DNA of 64,000 nucleotides from Candidatus Omnitrophota bacterium (lineage in GTDB: Bacteria; Omnitrophota; Gorgyraeia; 2-02-FULL-51-18), in assembly GCA_945877765.1 (NCBI GenBank), contig CAMDWQ010000007.1:23024-87023 (forward strand), in the 5' to 3' direction. Below, piece after piece: positions 29,944 to 40,200 of this stretch (positions within the stretch are counted from its first letter, which is position 1; every line of letters begins with the position of its first letter). A program made the position numbers and the translations under genes. Below the pieces are notes generated by a model. The model ran no database searches, was not told the origin of the DNA, and saw only the letters and a program-made list of their open reading frames with translations.

Positions 29944-30389
29944 AGAACATTCTATTTGTTTGTACAGGTAATAGCTGCCGCTCCGTAATGGCAGAGGGGC
30001 TTTTTAAAAAAGCCGTGGCCGGCCGTGAAAAAGATTTTATTGTGGGATCGGCGGGGGTAGCGGCGTTTGATGGTTATCCCTCGACGCTTGAAACTATCCG
30101 GGCGATGCACCGGGAGGGGATTGATATCTCGGGCCACCAGAGCCGGCGACTGACGCGTGAGATGGTGGAACAAGCCGATAAGATTTATGTGGCTGAAAAA
30201 TTGCACCAGGAAATGATTTTAAATTTTTGGCCCCAATCGGTCGGCAAGGTGCATCTTTTGACGGAGTTTGCAGACGACAAAAATAAGGGGATGGATGTGC
30301 CGGACCCCATCAAAACATCGGATGAGTTTTACCGCGAAATTTTAAAGATGATTGAAAAATGTATACACAGGATTGTAGAAACAGTTTAA
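29940..30389 (+). CDS. Low-molecular-weight protein phosphatase (YwlE-like, Arg/Tyr)
   Basis: VCTGNSCRS P-loop, DVPDP; lies upstream of rpiB-glyA. Confidence 0.88.
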   Translation: MKNILFVCTGNSCRSVMAEGLFKKAVAGREKDFIVGSAGVAAFDGYPSTLETIRAMHREGIDISGHQSRRLTREMVEQADKIYVAEKLHQEMILNFWPQSVGKVHLLTEFADDKNKGMDVPDPIKTSDEFYREILKMIEKCIHRIVETV

Positions 30390-30393
30390 TTAT

Positions 30394-30437
30394 GTCATTT
30401 CTAGGTTTGATCCCCGATTAAAACATTCGGGGATGAC
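30394..30437. repeat. Family B palindrome, partial (left arm deleted)
   Basis: GTCATTT...GATCCCCGATTAAAACATTCGGGGATGAC. Confidence 0.85.
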
Positions 30438-30452
30438 ACAAATGGAGAAATT

Positions 30453-30947
30453 ATGAAAATTGCTATTGGTGCCGACCACGGCGGGTTTACTCTTAAAAAA
30501 GAAATTGACTCTTTTTTACAAGCTCAGGGACACCAGGTGTTGGATTTTGGTACTTTTTCTGGGGAGTCTTGCGACTATCCAGAGTTTGCGCATAAAGTTT
30601 CTCAGGCTGTTTCGGCAAAAAAAGTGGACGCTGGGATTCTTATCTGTAAAAGCGGAAATGGCATGGCGATTGTGGCAAATAAGTTTCCGGGAGTTCGTGC
30701 GGCGATCTGTTTTGACAAAAATGTGGCTGCGCTGTCACGTCAGCACAATGACGCCAATATTTTGGTTTTGGGTTCTGAGCACTTATTTGATGAGCCTGAG
30801 ACCATCATCAAAGAATGGCTCTCGGCGAATTTTGAAGGAGGCCGGCATAAGAGGCGAGTGGAACAGATCCTAAGAATTGAAAATAAAATTTGTTCCAAAG
30901 CGACCCCCAAAAAACAACTGAAGAAAAAGGCAAAAAAGAGAAAATGA
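30453..30947 (+). CDS. rpiB: Ribose-5-phosphate isomerase B
   Basis: [29 protein letters not shown]. Confidence 0.93.
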   Translation: MKIAIGADHGGFTLKKEIDSFLQAQGHQVLDFGTFSGESCDYPEFAHKVSQAVSAKKVDAGILICKSGNGMAIVANKFPGVRAAICFDKNVAALSRQHNDANILVLGSEHLFDEPETIIKEWLSANFEGGRHKRRVEQILRIENKICSKATPKKQLKKKAKKRK

Positions 30948-32200
30948 CTTCACTTCGCCAATCAGACTCAGAGATTTTTCGCGCGATTGCCAACGAGACG
31001 CGTCGTCAGAATGACAATATTGAACTGATTGCTAGCGAAAATTTTACAAGCCTTGCCGTCATGGAAGCGGTTGGCTCGGCGCTTACCAACAAATATGCTG
31101 AAGGATATCCTGATAAGCGCTGGTACGGCGGGTGCGAGTACGTGGACGTGGTTGAGACTTTGGCGATTGAGCGCGCCAAGAAGCTTTTCGGGGCAGAACA
31201 TGCCAATGTCCAGCCTCATTCCGGCTCTCAAGCCAACGCGGCGGTTTATTTTTCAATGCTTACTCCTGGGGACACCGTTTTGGCGATGAATCTCTCGCAC
31301 GGAGGGCATCTAACCCATGGACACCCCATGAATTTTTCAGGCAAACTTTTTAAGATCGTGCCTTACGGCGTCAAACAAGCAGACGAGCGGCTTGATTACG
31401 ATGAGATCGAAGCTTTGGCGCTTCAGAACAAACCCAAAATGATTTTGGCAGGTGCCTCCGCTTATCCACGCATCATTGATTTCGCACGTTTTCGCAAGAT
31501 CTGCGATAAGGTCGGGGCGTTTCTCATGGTGGATATGGCCCATATCGCCGGGCTTGTGGCGGCCGGTCTACATCCCAATCCGGTACCGTATGCCGAATTT
31601 GTCACCACCACGACGCATAAAACGTTGCGTGGTCCTCGTGCCGGGCTCATTCTCTGCAGAGCCGAGTTTGCCAAAAAAATTGACGCCGAAGTTTTCCCAG
31701 GCCTTCAGGGCGGCCCGCTCATGCATGTGATCGCCGGAAAAGCAGTGGCGCTCAAAGAAGCTCTCGAGCCCTCTTTTAAGGAATACCAAACCCAGATCGT
31801 CAAAAATGCAAAAGCCTTGGCCGATGAACTTATCAAGAGAGGCTACCGGCTTGTCTCAGGCGGCACCGATAACCATTTAATGCTGGTAGACGTCAACCAA
31901 AAAGGCCTCACCGGCAAAGACTGCGCCCACGCGCTCGACTTGGCTGCCATCACGGTCAACAAAAATGGAATCCCATTTGACACCCAAAGCCCCTTTAAAG
32001 CCGGCGGCATTCGTCTAGGCACGCCCGCGGTAACAACACGCGGCATGAAAGAACCTGAAATGAAACTCATCGCCCAATACATTGATGAGGTACTTACCAA
32101 CATCCAATCCGAATCCAAAATCCAAGCCGTCCGCACCGAAGTCAAAAAACTAACACAAAAGTTTCCGTTGTACCCAGAGCTACTCGAGAAATTAAAGTAA
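30944..32200 (+). CDS. glyA: Serine hydroxymethyltransferase
   Basis: [26 protein letters not shown]. Confidence 0.98.
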   Translation: MTSLRQSDSEIFRAIANETRRQNDNIELIASENFTSLAVMEAVGSALTNKYAEGYPDKRWYGGCEYVDVVETLAIERAKKLFGAEHANVQPHSGSQANAAVYFSMLTPGDTVLAMNLSHGGHLTHGHPMNFSGKLFKIVPYGVKQADERLDYDEIEALALQNKPKMILAGASAYPRIIDFARFRKICDKVGAFLMVDMAHIAGLVAAGLHPNPVPYAEFVTTTTHKTLRGPRAGLILCRAEFAKKIDAEVFPGLQGGPLMHVIAGKAVALKEALEPSFKEYQTQIVKNAKALADELIKRGYRLVSGGTDNHLMLVDVNQKGLTGKDCAHALDLAAITVNKNGIPFDTQSPFKAGGIRLGTPAVTTRGMKEPEMKLIAQYIDEVLTNIQSESKIQAVRTEVKKLTQKFPLYPELLEKLK

Positions 32201-32214
32201 TATCTCTAAGCACG

Positions 32215-32260
32215 ACACACCTGCGGGGTGTGGGCGATAGCCCATTCCCCGGAGGTGTGT
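32215..32260. other. Isolated GC-rich hairpin after glyA
   Basis: ACACACCT/AGGTGTGT, CGGGG/CCCCG and TGGGC/GCCCA nested stems; no U-tract. Confidence 0.6.
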
Positions 32261-32298
32261 AAACGGTAAGAACAAACACGAGTTTTTTAATAGAACCC

Positions 32299-32327
32299 TT
32301 GAATCAACTCCTTTTAGATTGTATACT
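32299..32327 (+). promoter_or_regulatory. Sigma70-type promoter of the toxin-antitoxin pair
   Basis: TTGAAT-17 nt-TATACT. Confidence 0.6.
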
Positions 32328-32344
32328 TCTTATAGGTTGTATTT

Positions 32345-32671
32345 ATGACGAATGTAGAGTTTTATGAAGATCCAAAAGGCAACCGTCCCGTGCAGGAATT
32401 TATTGATAACCTTACGAAGCGCGCAGAGGTTAATCAGATAGCGGTGCATGTGCGAGAGCTCAAATCACAAGGTTATCGGTTACAGCGTCCGATGTCAGCA
32501 CCACTTAGAGACGGTATTCACGAATTGAGGCCGGGACCGAATAGGATCCTTTATGGGTTTAATAAGGGGATCGCCGTGCTGCTTCACGCGCTAAGAAAGA
32601 AAACGCGAGAAACGCCCAGCAGAGATATTGATAGCGCATTAAAACGTATGCATGAATGGAGGTTAAGATGA
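32345..32671 (+). CDS. RelE/ParE-superfamily toxin (Gp49/HigB-like)
   Basis: VEFYED..G..PVQEFI, PLRDGIHELR, RILY, LLHALRKKT. Confidence 0.85.
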   Translation: MTNVEFYEDPKGNRPVQEFIDNLTKRAEVNQIAVHVRELKSQGYRLQRPMSAPLRDGIHELRPGPNRILYGFNKGIAVLLHALRKKTRETPSRDIDSALKRMHEWRLR

Positions 32672-32991
32672 AAAAAGCTAAATCTTGGGATGACTACGAG
32701 AAAGAACTTTTTGCCAAAGGAAAGATCACTAAGGAAGAAATGATGGTTGAAAAGCTAAAAATGGATTTTGCCAAGCTTATCTATAATTGCAGAAATCATA
32801 GGAAGTTGACTCAGAATGAACTTGCCCATAAAATGGGGGTGCAACAGCAGTACGTGGCTAAAATAGAATCTGGCGAAGAAAATCTTTCATTAGAGACAAT
32901 TGGTAAATTGTTATTAGCATTACGAAGTGTTTTGAAGGTTAATGTGATCGAGAAAAAAAAGATCACGGGGGATATATTCGAATGTGCATGA
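32668..32991 (+). CDS. XRE-family HTH antitoxin (HigA-like)
   Basis: LTQNELAHKMGVQQQYVAKIESG; toxin-first order; start 32656 or 32668. Confidence 0.85.
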   Translation: MKKAKSWDDYEKELFAKGKITKEEMMVEKLKMDFAKLIYNCRNHRKLTQNELAHKMGVQQQYVAKIESGEENLSLETIGKLLLALRSVLKVNVIEKKKITGDIFECA

Positions 32992-33023
32992 GCTTCATGA
33001 AAAATATTAGAAGGAAGCGATAA

Positions 33024-33482
33024 ATGAAATGTCCGTTCTGCTCTTCCGACGAAGATAAAGTCATTGATTCACGCTCATCCAATGAGGGAAAAAGCGTGCG
33101 CCGCCGCCGTGAATGCTTAAAGTGTGATAAGCGATTCACCACGTACGAATACGTTGAAGAGATTCCCTTGATGGTCATCAAAAAAGACGGCCGCCGGGAG
33201 GCGTTTGATCGTAATAAGATTATTGGCGGGATCATGAAGGCTTGCGAGAAGCGGCCGATTAGCATGGAAAAGATTGAAGGGGTTGTGGACCGCGTGGAAA
33301 AAGAGCTTCAGAAGAGTTTTGATAAGGAAGTCAAAGCGCAGGTCGTCGGGGAACTCGTGATGGACTTGATGCACAAGGTCGATGAAGTCGCGTATGTGCG
33401 CTTTGCGTCTGTCTATAGGCAATTTAAGGATATTAATCAGTTCATGAAAGAACTGAAGGACCTCTTAAGCAAACGCGCGTAA
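33024..33482 (+). CDS. nrdR: Transcriptional repressor NrdR
   Basis: [18 protein letters not shown] cone, AYVRFASVY. Confidence 0.97.
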   Translation: MKCPFCSSDEDKVIDSRSSNEGKSVRRRRECLKCDKRFTTYEYVEEIPLMVIKKDGRREAFDRNKIIGGIMKACEKRPISMEKIEGVVDRVEKELQKSFDKEVKAQVVGELVMDLMHKVDEVAYVRFASVYRQFKDINQFMKELKDLLSKRA

Positions 33483-33495
33483 TGTCATCCCAAAT

Positions 33496-33647
33496 GTCAT
33501 CCCCGAAATCTCTTATCGGGGATCATGTATAGGTTTGATTCCCGATAAAAAAATTCGGGAATGACGATGGGTTACCGGTCATCCCCGAGATCTTTAATCG
33601 GGGATCATGTCTAGGTTTGATTCCCGATAAGGACTTTCAGGAATGAC
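33496..33647. repeat. Two tandem family B palindromes between convergent genes
   Basis: Copies at 33496-33565 and 33578-33647. Confidence 0.95.
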
Positions 33648-33656
33648 ACTTTTTTT

Positions 33657-35084
33657 CTATTTTGTTGTTTCTTCTTCGGGGAAAATTTCTTTAAGTAGCG
33701 TCAAATTAGGTTTGAGCTCTTTGCGTAAGCCTTCGAGCAGTTTTTCCATTTCCGCCTGAGATTTTTCGCGTAATATTTTCTTAGAAAATTCTTTCTTAGC
33801 CGCCTCGAACTTTTCCAAATCAATTTCTGAATTTTTGATTACTTTTACCAGTGCAGCGCCACTGGGGACAGCAACCGGCTTGGTGATGTCGCCTTCCTTG
33901 ATAGTAGCCAGGGCTTTGCGAATCGTATCCGAGGGGCCGATCCCCGCAATATAAGAATCTGCTTTGAGGGATTTCATGCTCTTGATTTCGAGTTTTTGTT
34001 CAGACGCAAATTTTTTAAAATCGGAAGCTTTCAGGTCCTTGGATAGCTCAGTCAACTTCTGGACGGAGGTTTGCACCTGCTGTTGATGAGTATAAATTTT
34101 GGTCAACTGCTCTTTACTTTCTTCAAAGGACAAAACTTTAGCGGCGATTTTATCCGTGACTTCAATTTTGCAGAGTCCAGTGGGGATGCGAATCCAACCG
34201 GAAGAACCTTTTACGGGTAGAGAAAAACTTTTATCCATGATTTCATTGACCAGACCCACGCCCGGGATCGATTCATTTTTGGTGAAGTAGTCACTCTGAA
34301 CCGCTTCCAGTCCATGAGCAGCTACAAGCGCGCTGATAGAAGATTTGTTATCGGTCACCGCACTTTTTAGTTCGGCCTCTTTGTCGTTGGGAACTAAAAG
34401 GTACAGGATTTTTACTTTCTCAGGCTCCGTTAATACGTTTTGGTAGAGAGGGTAGATTTGCTTTAGTTGTTCGTCCGAAATAGCCGTTGTGTCTTCTGGG
34501 GTCGAATAGACCACGTATTCAATGTCACGGTCGCCCTGTTGTTGGACGTAGAGCTCTTTTAATTCGGTATCGTTTAATTGAATTTTCGACTCAAGTTTCT
34601 CCTGAATTTTTCCGATGGTGAGCATTTCGCGGATTTCTTCTTCAAAGCGCCGTGGATCGACCTTCAGGTATTCCGTGACAAACATTTTATAGAGGCGGTC
34701 GTCAAATTGCCCTCTGGTTTGCAGAAAACTTTGCTGGCCGATCCACTGCACCACCTCGCGGTCCGAGGCTCGGATGGAGTTTTTTTTGGCGTAGCTTAAA
34801 AGCAGCAGGCGGTCCCAAGCTTCCCCTTTGAAATTGATATAGGTACGCACTTGATCAAAAGCCTGTCCGTACATAATCCGCGCCTGGTGGTCGACGGCCT
34901 TGTAGCTAGCCAGATAATCTTGGAGGGAAATCTTCTTTCCGTGGAGGTGCCCGACAGCAGAAGCACTTTTTTTATCGTCTTGGCTAATGAGAAGTCCTGA
35001 AACGCCAAAGGAGGCGATCACGGCGATGGCCAGGACCAGATAAATTCGTTTTTTGACTTTTTGATTGCGCAGGAAGCTTAGCAT
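33657..35084 (-). CDS. PpiD/SurA N-terminal-domain periplasmic chaperone
   Basis: MLSFLR N-terminus, one TM helix, F...GQFD..LY motif, degenerate parvulin-like region. Confidence 0.7.
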   Translation of the reverse strand: MLSFLRNQKVKKRIYLVLAIAVIASFGVSGLLISQDDKKSASAVGHLHGKKISLQDYLASYKAVDHQARIMYGQAFDQVRTYINFKGEAWDRLLLLSYAKKNSIRASDREVVQWIGQQSFLQTRGQFDDRLYKMFVTEYLKVDPRRFEEEIREMLTIGKIQEKLESKIQLNDTELKELYVQQQGDRDIEYVVYSTPEDTTAISDEQLKQIYPLYQNVLTEPEKVKILYLLVPNDKEAELKSAVTDNKSSISALVAAHGLEAVQSDYFTKNESIPGVGLVNEIMDKSFSLPVKGSSGWIRIPTGLCKIEVTDKIAAKVLSFEESKEQLTKIYTHQQQVQTSVQKLTELSKDLKASDFKKFASEQKLEIKSMKSLKADSYIAGIGPSDTIRKALATIKEGDITKPVAVPSGAALVKVIKNSEIDLEKFEAAKKEFSKKILREKSQAEMEKLLEGLRKELKPNLTLLKEIFPEEETTK

Positions 35085-35129
35085 GAATTTGCGTATTATA
35101 CAGAAGCGCTGTATTCAAATCAAGCCAAA

Positions 35130-35158
35130 TTGACTTTCATTTTAAGCCATGTTATACT
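35130..35158 (+). promoter_or_regulatory. Strong sigma70-type promoter upstream of hisG
   Basis: TTGACT-17 nt-TATACT with TGn. Confidence 0.7.
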
Positions 35159-35196
35159 TCAATAACTGTTTATAAGCGATTAAGCCATTTTGGCTT

Positions 35197-35240
35197 GCCA
35201 GAGTTGTGTGAGCAGGGCGCACGACTCGGCTATTTTTTTC
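35197..35240 (+). terminator. Intrinsic terminator-like hairpin in the hisG leader
   Basis: GCC-A-GAGTTGTGTG / CGCACGACTC-GGC stem (two G-U pairs) followed by TATTTTTTT. Confidence 0.6.
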
Positions 35241-35295
35241 TTAACTTATTCATGTTCAATGGATTACAATTTTAAAAGAGTGGAGAAGGTGGCGA

Positions 35296-36183
35296 GTGTC
35301 CGAAACCAAGTTTAAGCTCAAATTAGGCCTTCCCAAAGGCAGTCTGCAAGAATCGACGTTTAAGATGTTTAAGAAAGCCGGCTACAATGTTTCCGTCGGC
35401 TCGCGGTCCTATTTCCCCTATATTGATGACCCTGAGATTGAAGCGGTGTTAATTCGCGCCCAGGAAATGTCGCGTTATGTGGAGGACGGCGCTTTGGATT
35501 GCGGCCTCACGGGCGAGGACTGGATTCAGGAAAACGGCTCGGATGTCGTGCGTGTAGAAGAGCTTCACTACGCCAAATCCGGGATGAACGCCGTGCGCTG
35601 GGTGTTGGCGGTACCCAATGATTCTAAGATTAAATCGGTCAAAGATCTCGAAGGCAAGCGGGTGGCAACGGAATTAAAAGGTTTCACGGAAAAATATCTC
35701 CAACAGCACGGCGTCAAAGCGGATGTGGAGTTTAGCTGGGGCGCCACCGAAGTCAAAGTGGCGACAGGTCTTGTGGACGCGATCGTCGAGCTCACCGAGA
35801 CAGGCTCCTCACTTCGCGCAAACAACTTGCGGATTGTAGAAACACTGTGCCACTCCACCACCCAGTTTATTACCAATAAAAAAACGTGGGATGATCCGAA
35901 GAAGCAGCAGAAAATGAAGCACATCGCGATGCTTCTGGTTGGCGCGATTCACGCGGAAGCGAAAGTGGGCCTTAAAATGAATGTGAATGAAGACAACCTT
36001 CAGCGCATCATTTCTCTTTTGCCGGCGATGAAAAATCCGACGATTTCCAGTCTCTACTTAAAGGGCTGGCATGCGATTGATACGATTATTGATGAAAAAA
36101 TTGTGCGGGATTTAATTCCTAAGCTCAAGGAAGCCGGGGCTGAAGGAATCATTGAGTACCCATTAAATAAAGTGATTTATTAA
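35296..36183 (+). CDS. hisG: ATP phosphoribosyltransferase (long form)
   Basis: [27 protein letters not shown]-terminal regulatory domain. Confidence 0.96.
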   Translation: MSETKFKLKLGLPKGSLQESTFKMFKKAGYNVSVGSRSYFPYIDDPEIEAVLIRAQEMSRYVEDGALDCGLTGEDWIQENGSDVVRVEELHYAKSGMNAVRWVLAVPNDSKIKSVKDLEGKRVATELKGFTEKYLQQHGVKADVEFSWGATEVKVATGLVDAIVELTETGSSLRANNLRIVETLCHSTTQFITNKKTWDDPKKQQKMKHIAMLLVGAIHAEAKVGLKMNVNEDNLQRIISLLPAMKNPTISSLYLKGWHAIDTIIDEKIVRDLIPKLKEAGAEGIIEYPLNKVIY

Positions 36184-36188
36184 TTAGT

Positions 36189-36258
36189 GTCATCCCCGAA
36201 CGTTTTAATCGGGGATCATCCATAGGTTTGATTCCCGATAAAAAATCTCGGGAATGAC
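36189..36258. repeat. Family B palindrome (long loop)
   Basis: GTCATCCCCGAACGTTTTAATCGGGGATC...GATTCCCGATAAAAAATCTCGGGAATGAC. Confidence 0.95.
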
Positions 36259-36289
36259 ATTGTTGAGTTATTAACTAGGAGAATAGCAA

Positions 36290-36385
36290 ATGCCTTGCGG
36301 TAAAAAAAGAAAACGTCATAAGATGGCAGTACATAAAAGAAAAAAACGCCGTCGTCGCGATAGACATAAGAAGAACTCGAAGTAA
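36290..36385 (+). CDS. Small basic protein, bS22 / AURKAIP1-COX24-like (31 aa, absent from the ORF track)
   Basis: MPCGKKRKRHKMAVHKRKKRRRRDRHKKNSK; AGGAGA Shine-Dalgarno 7 nt upstream. Confidence 0.85.
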   Translation: MPCGKKRKRHKMAVHKRKKRRRRDRHKKNSK

Positions 36386-36388
36386 CCC

Positions 36389-36512
36389 TTTCCTCCCCTT
36401 TCGAAGGGGAGGTGCCGAAGGCGGAGGGGTTGTAAGGTGATACATAGGCTGTTGTACTGCGTCAACCACCCCGTCGCTTCGGCGACACCCCTCCTTCGTA
36501 AGGAGGGGAAAA
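36389..36512 (-). repeat. Family A REP-like doublet, copy 6 (reverse)
   Basis: Reverse complement of the copy 1 architecture. Confidence 0.95.
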
Positions 36513-36576
36513 TTGCAAGGCGTGACACTTTTACGAGTGAATGTTCGTCTAAATGAAATAGATCAAGGAGCCTAAA

Positions 36577-38211
36577 GTGTTCTGGAGAAAATTTAAAGTA
36601 TTTTGGTGGAATCACTGGGTCAAGTTTATGGTGCTTGGCTGGTTGGTTTTCATTTTCTGGTTTCCCGCAGTCTCTCTAGGTTCTCTTGATAAGTATCAGC
36701 GCGACTACATGGTCGCCTTTTTGTCTACCACGGGTTTACAGGCGACGGTTAGTGCGGTGGTATTTGTATGCCTATATTCGTGGGTTCTCCAGGGTGGACT
36801 TCAGAAACTTCGCAACGCTAAAGTCAAAAGCGATGCCGTCAACATTAAGTGGAAAGATGTCATTGGTATTGATTCCGCCAAGGCTGAAGCCAAAGAAATC
36901 GTTGAACTGATCAAAGACCGTGCGCGCATCAAAAAAATCGGTGGCAACATTATTCGCGGCATGCTCATGATGGGGCCTCCTGGCTGCGGAAAAACCTATC
37001 TTGCCAAGGCGATGGCCACGGAAGCAGGCGTACCTTTTATCTCCATGTCCGGCTCTGAATTTACAGAAATGTATGTCGGTGTCGGTGCTTCCCGTGTGCG
37101 TCAACTGTTTAACAAAGCCCGTCGTTTGGCCTATGCCGATGGAGGATGCATCATATTTATCGATGAAATTGACGCGATTGGCCACAAGCGTGTGCATGAC
37201 ACAGGATTTGGCGGTATGCAGGAAAGAAATACGACGCTTAACCAGCTTCTGGTCGAAATGGACGGCCTGGGAGCGAAGTCGGAAAACGTCGTAATTATCG
37301 GTGCGACAAACGCGCCCGAAAGCATCATGGACGATGCGTTATTGAGGCCAGGGCGTTTTGACCGCAAAATTTTTGTCAGTAAGCCCTCGATGATTGAAAG
37401 AGAAGAGCTTTTCCGTTTCTATCTTTCCAAGGTCAAATGCGAAGACAATATCGATATCGGCAAAGTGGCCCGCAAAGCGGTCGGATCAAGTCCTGCGGAT
37501 ATTGCCAATCTCACCAAAGAAGCGGCATTGATCGCTACTCGCAATAAAGTGGACAAGATCAGTGAAGACCATTTGTCCGAAGCGATGGAAAGAATATATT
37601 TAGGACTTAAGAGCAACATCCGCTTGACCGAAAAAGATAAAATGATGACGGCCTATCACGAGACGGGTCACCTGATCGTGCTTTATCTTTTACATCCGAC
37701 AGATGATGTCTTTAAAGCAACGATTATCCCGCGCGGAAACGCACTGGGTCTTGTTTCGCATCTGCCGCCGGATGATAAGTATTCGGTGGACCGCAACGAG
37801 CTTTTGGCCAATATCAAAGTATCTTTGGCTGGCTACGTGGCTGAAAAAATGAAATTTAACACAACCACCAGCGGTGTTCACAGCGATTTTGAAAAAGCCA
37901 TGTGGACGGCGCATCGCATGGTGTGGGATCTGGGAATGGGCAAGAGCAATTGGGTGGGTAATTATAGTTCTATTCCTGCCAACCAGTTGTCCGACGACAT
38001 CAAGCAAAAACTCAATCAAGAAACTCAAGAAATTGTTCAAGACTGCATGAAAGATGTTGAAAAGCTCTTAAGAGATGAAAATGTAATTTTTGAGCGTTTT
38101 GCCCAGGAGCTTATCAAGAAAGAAGAGCTCGATTATGATGACATCGAAGCCATTTTCAAAGAATACGGGAAATCAAATCCCCGTATCACGTCTAAATTCA
38201 TTCCGCAATAA
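36577..38211 (+). CDS. FtsH-family AAA+ zinc metalloprotease (short periplasmic region)
   Basis: GPPGCGKT, IIFIDEID, LLRPGRFDR, HETGH zinc motif, two N-terminal TM segments. Confidence 0.9.
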   Translation: MFWRKFKVFWWNHWVKFMVLGWLVFIFWFPAVSLGSLDKYQRDYMVAFLSTTGLQATVSAVVFVCLYSWVLQGGLQKLRNAKVKSDAVNIKWKDVIGIDSAKAEAKEIVELIKDRARIKKIGGNIIRGMLMMGPPGCGKTYLAKAMATEAGVPFISMSGSEFTEMYVGVGASRVRQLFNKARRLAYADGGCIIFIDEIDAIGHKRVHDTGFGGMQERNTTLNQLLVEMDGLGAKSENVVIIGATNAPESIMDDALLRPGRFDRKIFVSKPSMIEREELFRFYLSKVKCEDNIDIGKVARKAVGSSPADIANLTKEAALIATRNKVDKISEDHLSEAMERIYLGLKSNIRLTEKDKMMTAYHETGHLIVLYLLHPTDDVFKATIIPRGNALGLVSHLPPDDKYSVDRNELLANIKVSLAGYVAEKMKFNTTTSGVHSDFEKAMWTAHRMVWDLGMGKSNWVGNYSSIPANQLSDDIKQKLNQETQEIVQDCMKDVEKLLRDENVIFERFAQELIKKEELDYDDIEAIFKEYGKSNPRITSKFIPQ

Positions 38212-38218
38212 GCGGCTC

Positions 38219-39289
38219 TTGGATCTCGCCATCAAAGCAGCACCGGGTAGACGCGGATTACGGATTGCGGAGAAGTTTTTTTTTGGATATCCGTTTTCTT
38301 TCGTTCGCCGCGACTGTCTGCTTTTGGCAACCGCCTGTTTATTGTTAACAGGCTGTGTTTCTCATTACACTTATCCTGCGGAAAAAGTACCTCAATCGAT
38401 TGAAAATCTCTGTCAGACCGAATATAAGCTAACGGTTAACGCGCGCGTCGTCGGTAAGACGGTGGGGGCGCTTCTGTATGTGGATCAACTCATTAATGCC
38501 TCCGGGCAAATTCCCAAGGAAGTGCATGAGTCGATGGGCCGTATCTTGCAAGTCGTGGCGCGAGTGGCGCTTTCGACAGATTTACCGCTGGATTTTTGCT
38601 CGGTGGTGATTCGGGATAAAAAAAGCAACAATGAGCTTACGATCACGCGGTCCATCGACGATACACGCCGGGCCAACGCCGAAGCTCTCGGTGTGGAGGA
38701 GTCTATCAGTCGTACGCTCTTTGGTCAGGGAAAATACACGAAGGACACGCTGGGCGACAGCCCTTTCATTTTAAAGGAAGTGAGACTTGAGAATTTTTTG
38801 GCTGAGCAAATTGTCCAAAGAATTCGCTATAGTTTTTCGCATGAGATGGCCGGCAAAAATAAAAAAGACAAAGAGGCTGAGGAGGAGTCGTTGAATCCGG
38901 CGTTTATCCTGGTGGACGGAGTTTTTGAGGATTATAAAGGTAAAAAGGAGTACCGATTTTCCATCCTATCCATGAAATCCGAAGATCCCAAGCAGACGAT
39001 GCTTAATGTATTTAAAACCGTTAACGATGTCCTGGATGGATACCATTTTACCGATTTTGACCAAATCGAAATTCAGGATTATTTAAACCGGCAAAAATTG
39101 GTATTGGACCGAGAGACTTTATTGAGTTATCAGAAAAATAAAATTAAGGATGCGGATATCATTAAACGCTATCTTCAAGAATCCCAGACCGTCCAGGAAG
39201 CTTTCAAGCTATTTGGTTTTAGCGGGGTCGACGGCGTTCCCGGTCAAGTCCCCGTGGAATCGCCTCCCGTCAGTCCCTCCGGTAGTTAA
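38219..39289 (+). CDS. Hypothetical lipoprotein
   Basis: Lipobox LLLTGC; long ORF in operon position; start uncertain. Confidence 0.6.
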   Translation: MDLAIKAAPGRRGLRIAEKFFFGYPFSFVRRDCLLLATACLLLTGCVSHYTYPAEKVPQSIENLCQTEYKLTVNARVVGKTVGALLYVDQLINASGQIPKEVHESMGRILQVVARVALSTDLPLDFCSVVIRDKKSNNELTITRSIDDTRRANAEALGVEESISRTLFGQGKYTKDTLGDSPFILKEVRLENFLAEQIVQRIRYSFSHEMAGKNKKDKEAEEESLNPAFILVDGVFEDYKGKKEYRFSILSMKSEDPKQTMLNVFKTVNDVLDGYHFTDFDQIEIQDYLNRQKLVLDRETLLSYQKNKIKDADIIKRYLQESQTVQEAFKLFGFSGVDGVPGQVPVESPPVSPSGS

Positions 39290-39312
39290 TTCTCTAGAAA
39301 CCCTCTTTTCCT

Positions 39313-40191
39313 TTGAAACTTTTTTCGCCGGCAAAAATTAATTTATTCCTAAAAATTTTGTCTCGGCGCGCCGACGGGTATCATGAGCTTGAAACACTTT
39401 TTGAGCGCATCAGCCTTGGGGATACGATATTTCTTAAAACGATTCCCTCGGGGATTCGCCTCCAAACGAATGCCCGGAATATTCCTTCGGATTCTTCCAA
39501 TTTGGTTTGGCAAGCGGCAGATCTTCTCCAAAAACGCTATGGCGTCAAGAAAGGCGTCGCCATTCGCCTGGTCAAAAGAATTCCTGTGGCGGCAGGCCTA
39601 GGCGGTGGGTCTAGCAATGCTGCGACTGTGCTCATGGGTTTAAACCGTCTATGGAAAATGAAGTTAAGCCGCAAGGAGCTACTGTCTCTTGCCGCCGAGA
39701 TTGGCAGTGACGTGCCTTTTTTTGTTTTGGACACTTCATTTGCAATAGGAAAGGGCCGGGGTGAGATTTTGAAAAAAATAAACCCACCCAAAGCGCCGAT
39801 TTGGCATTGTTTGGTCAAGCCGCCCTTTGGAATTTCGACAAAAGAAGCTTACCAGGGCCTCTCCAAGCACTTAAAAGCCTCCCCGAAGCAGAAGTTGACA
39901 CCCCTTAGAGCCAATGTTAATATGCTACTCCACTCTATTCAAAAGGGCGATCAAGAGCGTGTCAAAAGGCTTTTGACTAATAGTCTGGAAGTCTATTTAG
40001 ATAAAAGACTTACATCAATTTTAAAAATTAAAAGTGAGTTGATCCGGCAGGGGGCTTTTGTCAGTCTCATGTCAGGGAGCGGCTCCACTGTTTTTGGTCT
40101 TTTTCGTTCAAAGCTCGAAGCAGCGCGCGCGGCAAAAATTCTAAAGAAAATAAACAAGACCTGGAAAGTTTTTATCGCATCGACCTGGTAG
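39313..40191 (+). CDS. ispE: 4-diphosphocytidyl-2-C-methyl-D-erythritol kinase
   Basis: PAKINLFL, PVAAGLGGGSSNAA, GSDVPFF, MSGSGSTVF. Confidence 0.96.
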   Translation: MKLFSPAKINLFLKILSRRADGYHELETLFERISLGDTIFLKTIPSGIRLQTNARNIPSDSSNLVWQAADLLQKRYGVKKGVAIRLVKRIPVAAGLGGGSSNAATVLMGLNRLWKMKLSRKELLSLAAEIGSDVPFFVLDTSFAIGKGRGEILKKINPPKAPIWHCLVKPPFGISTKEAYQGLSKHLKASPKQKLTPLRANVNMLLHSIQKGDQERVKRLLTNSLEVYLDKRLTSILKIKSELIRQGAFVSLMSGSGSTVFGLFRSKLEAARAAKILKKINKTWKVFIASTW

Positions 40192-40200
40192 CCATTTTTT

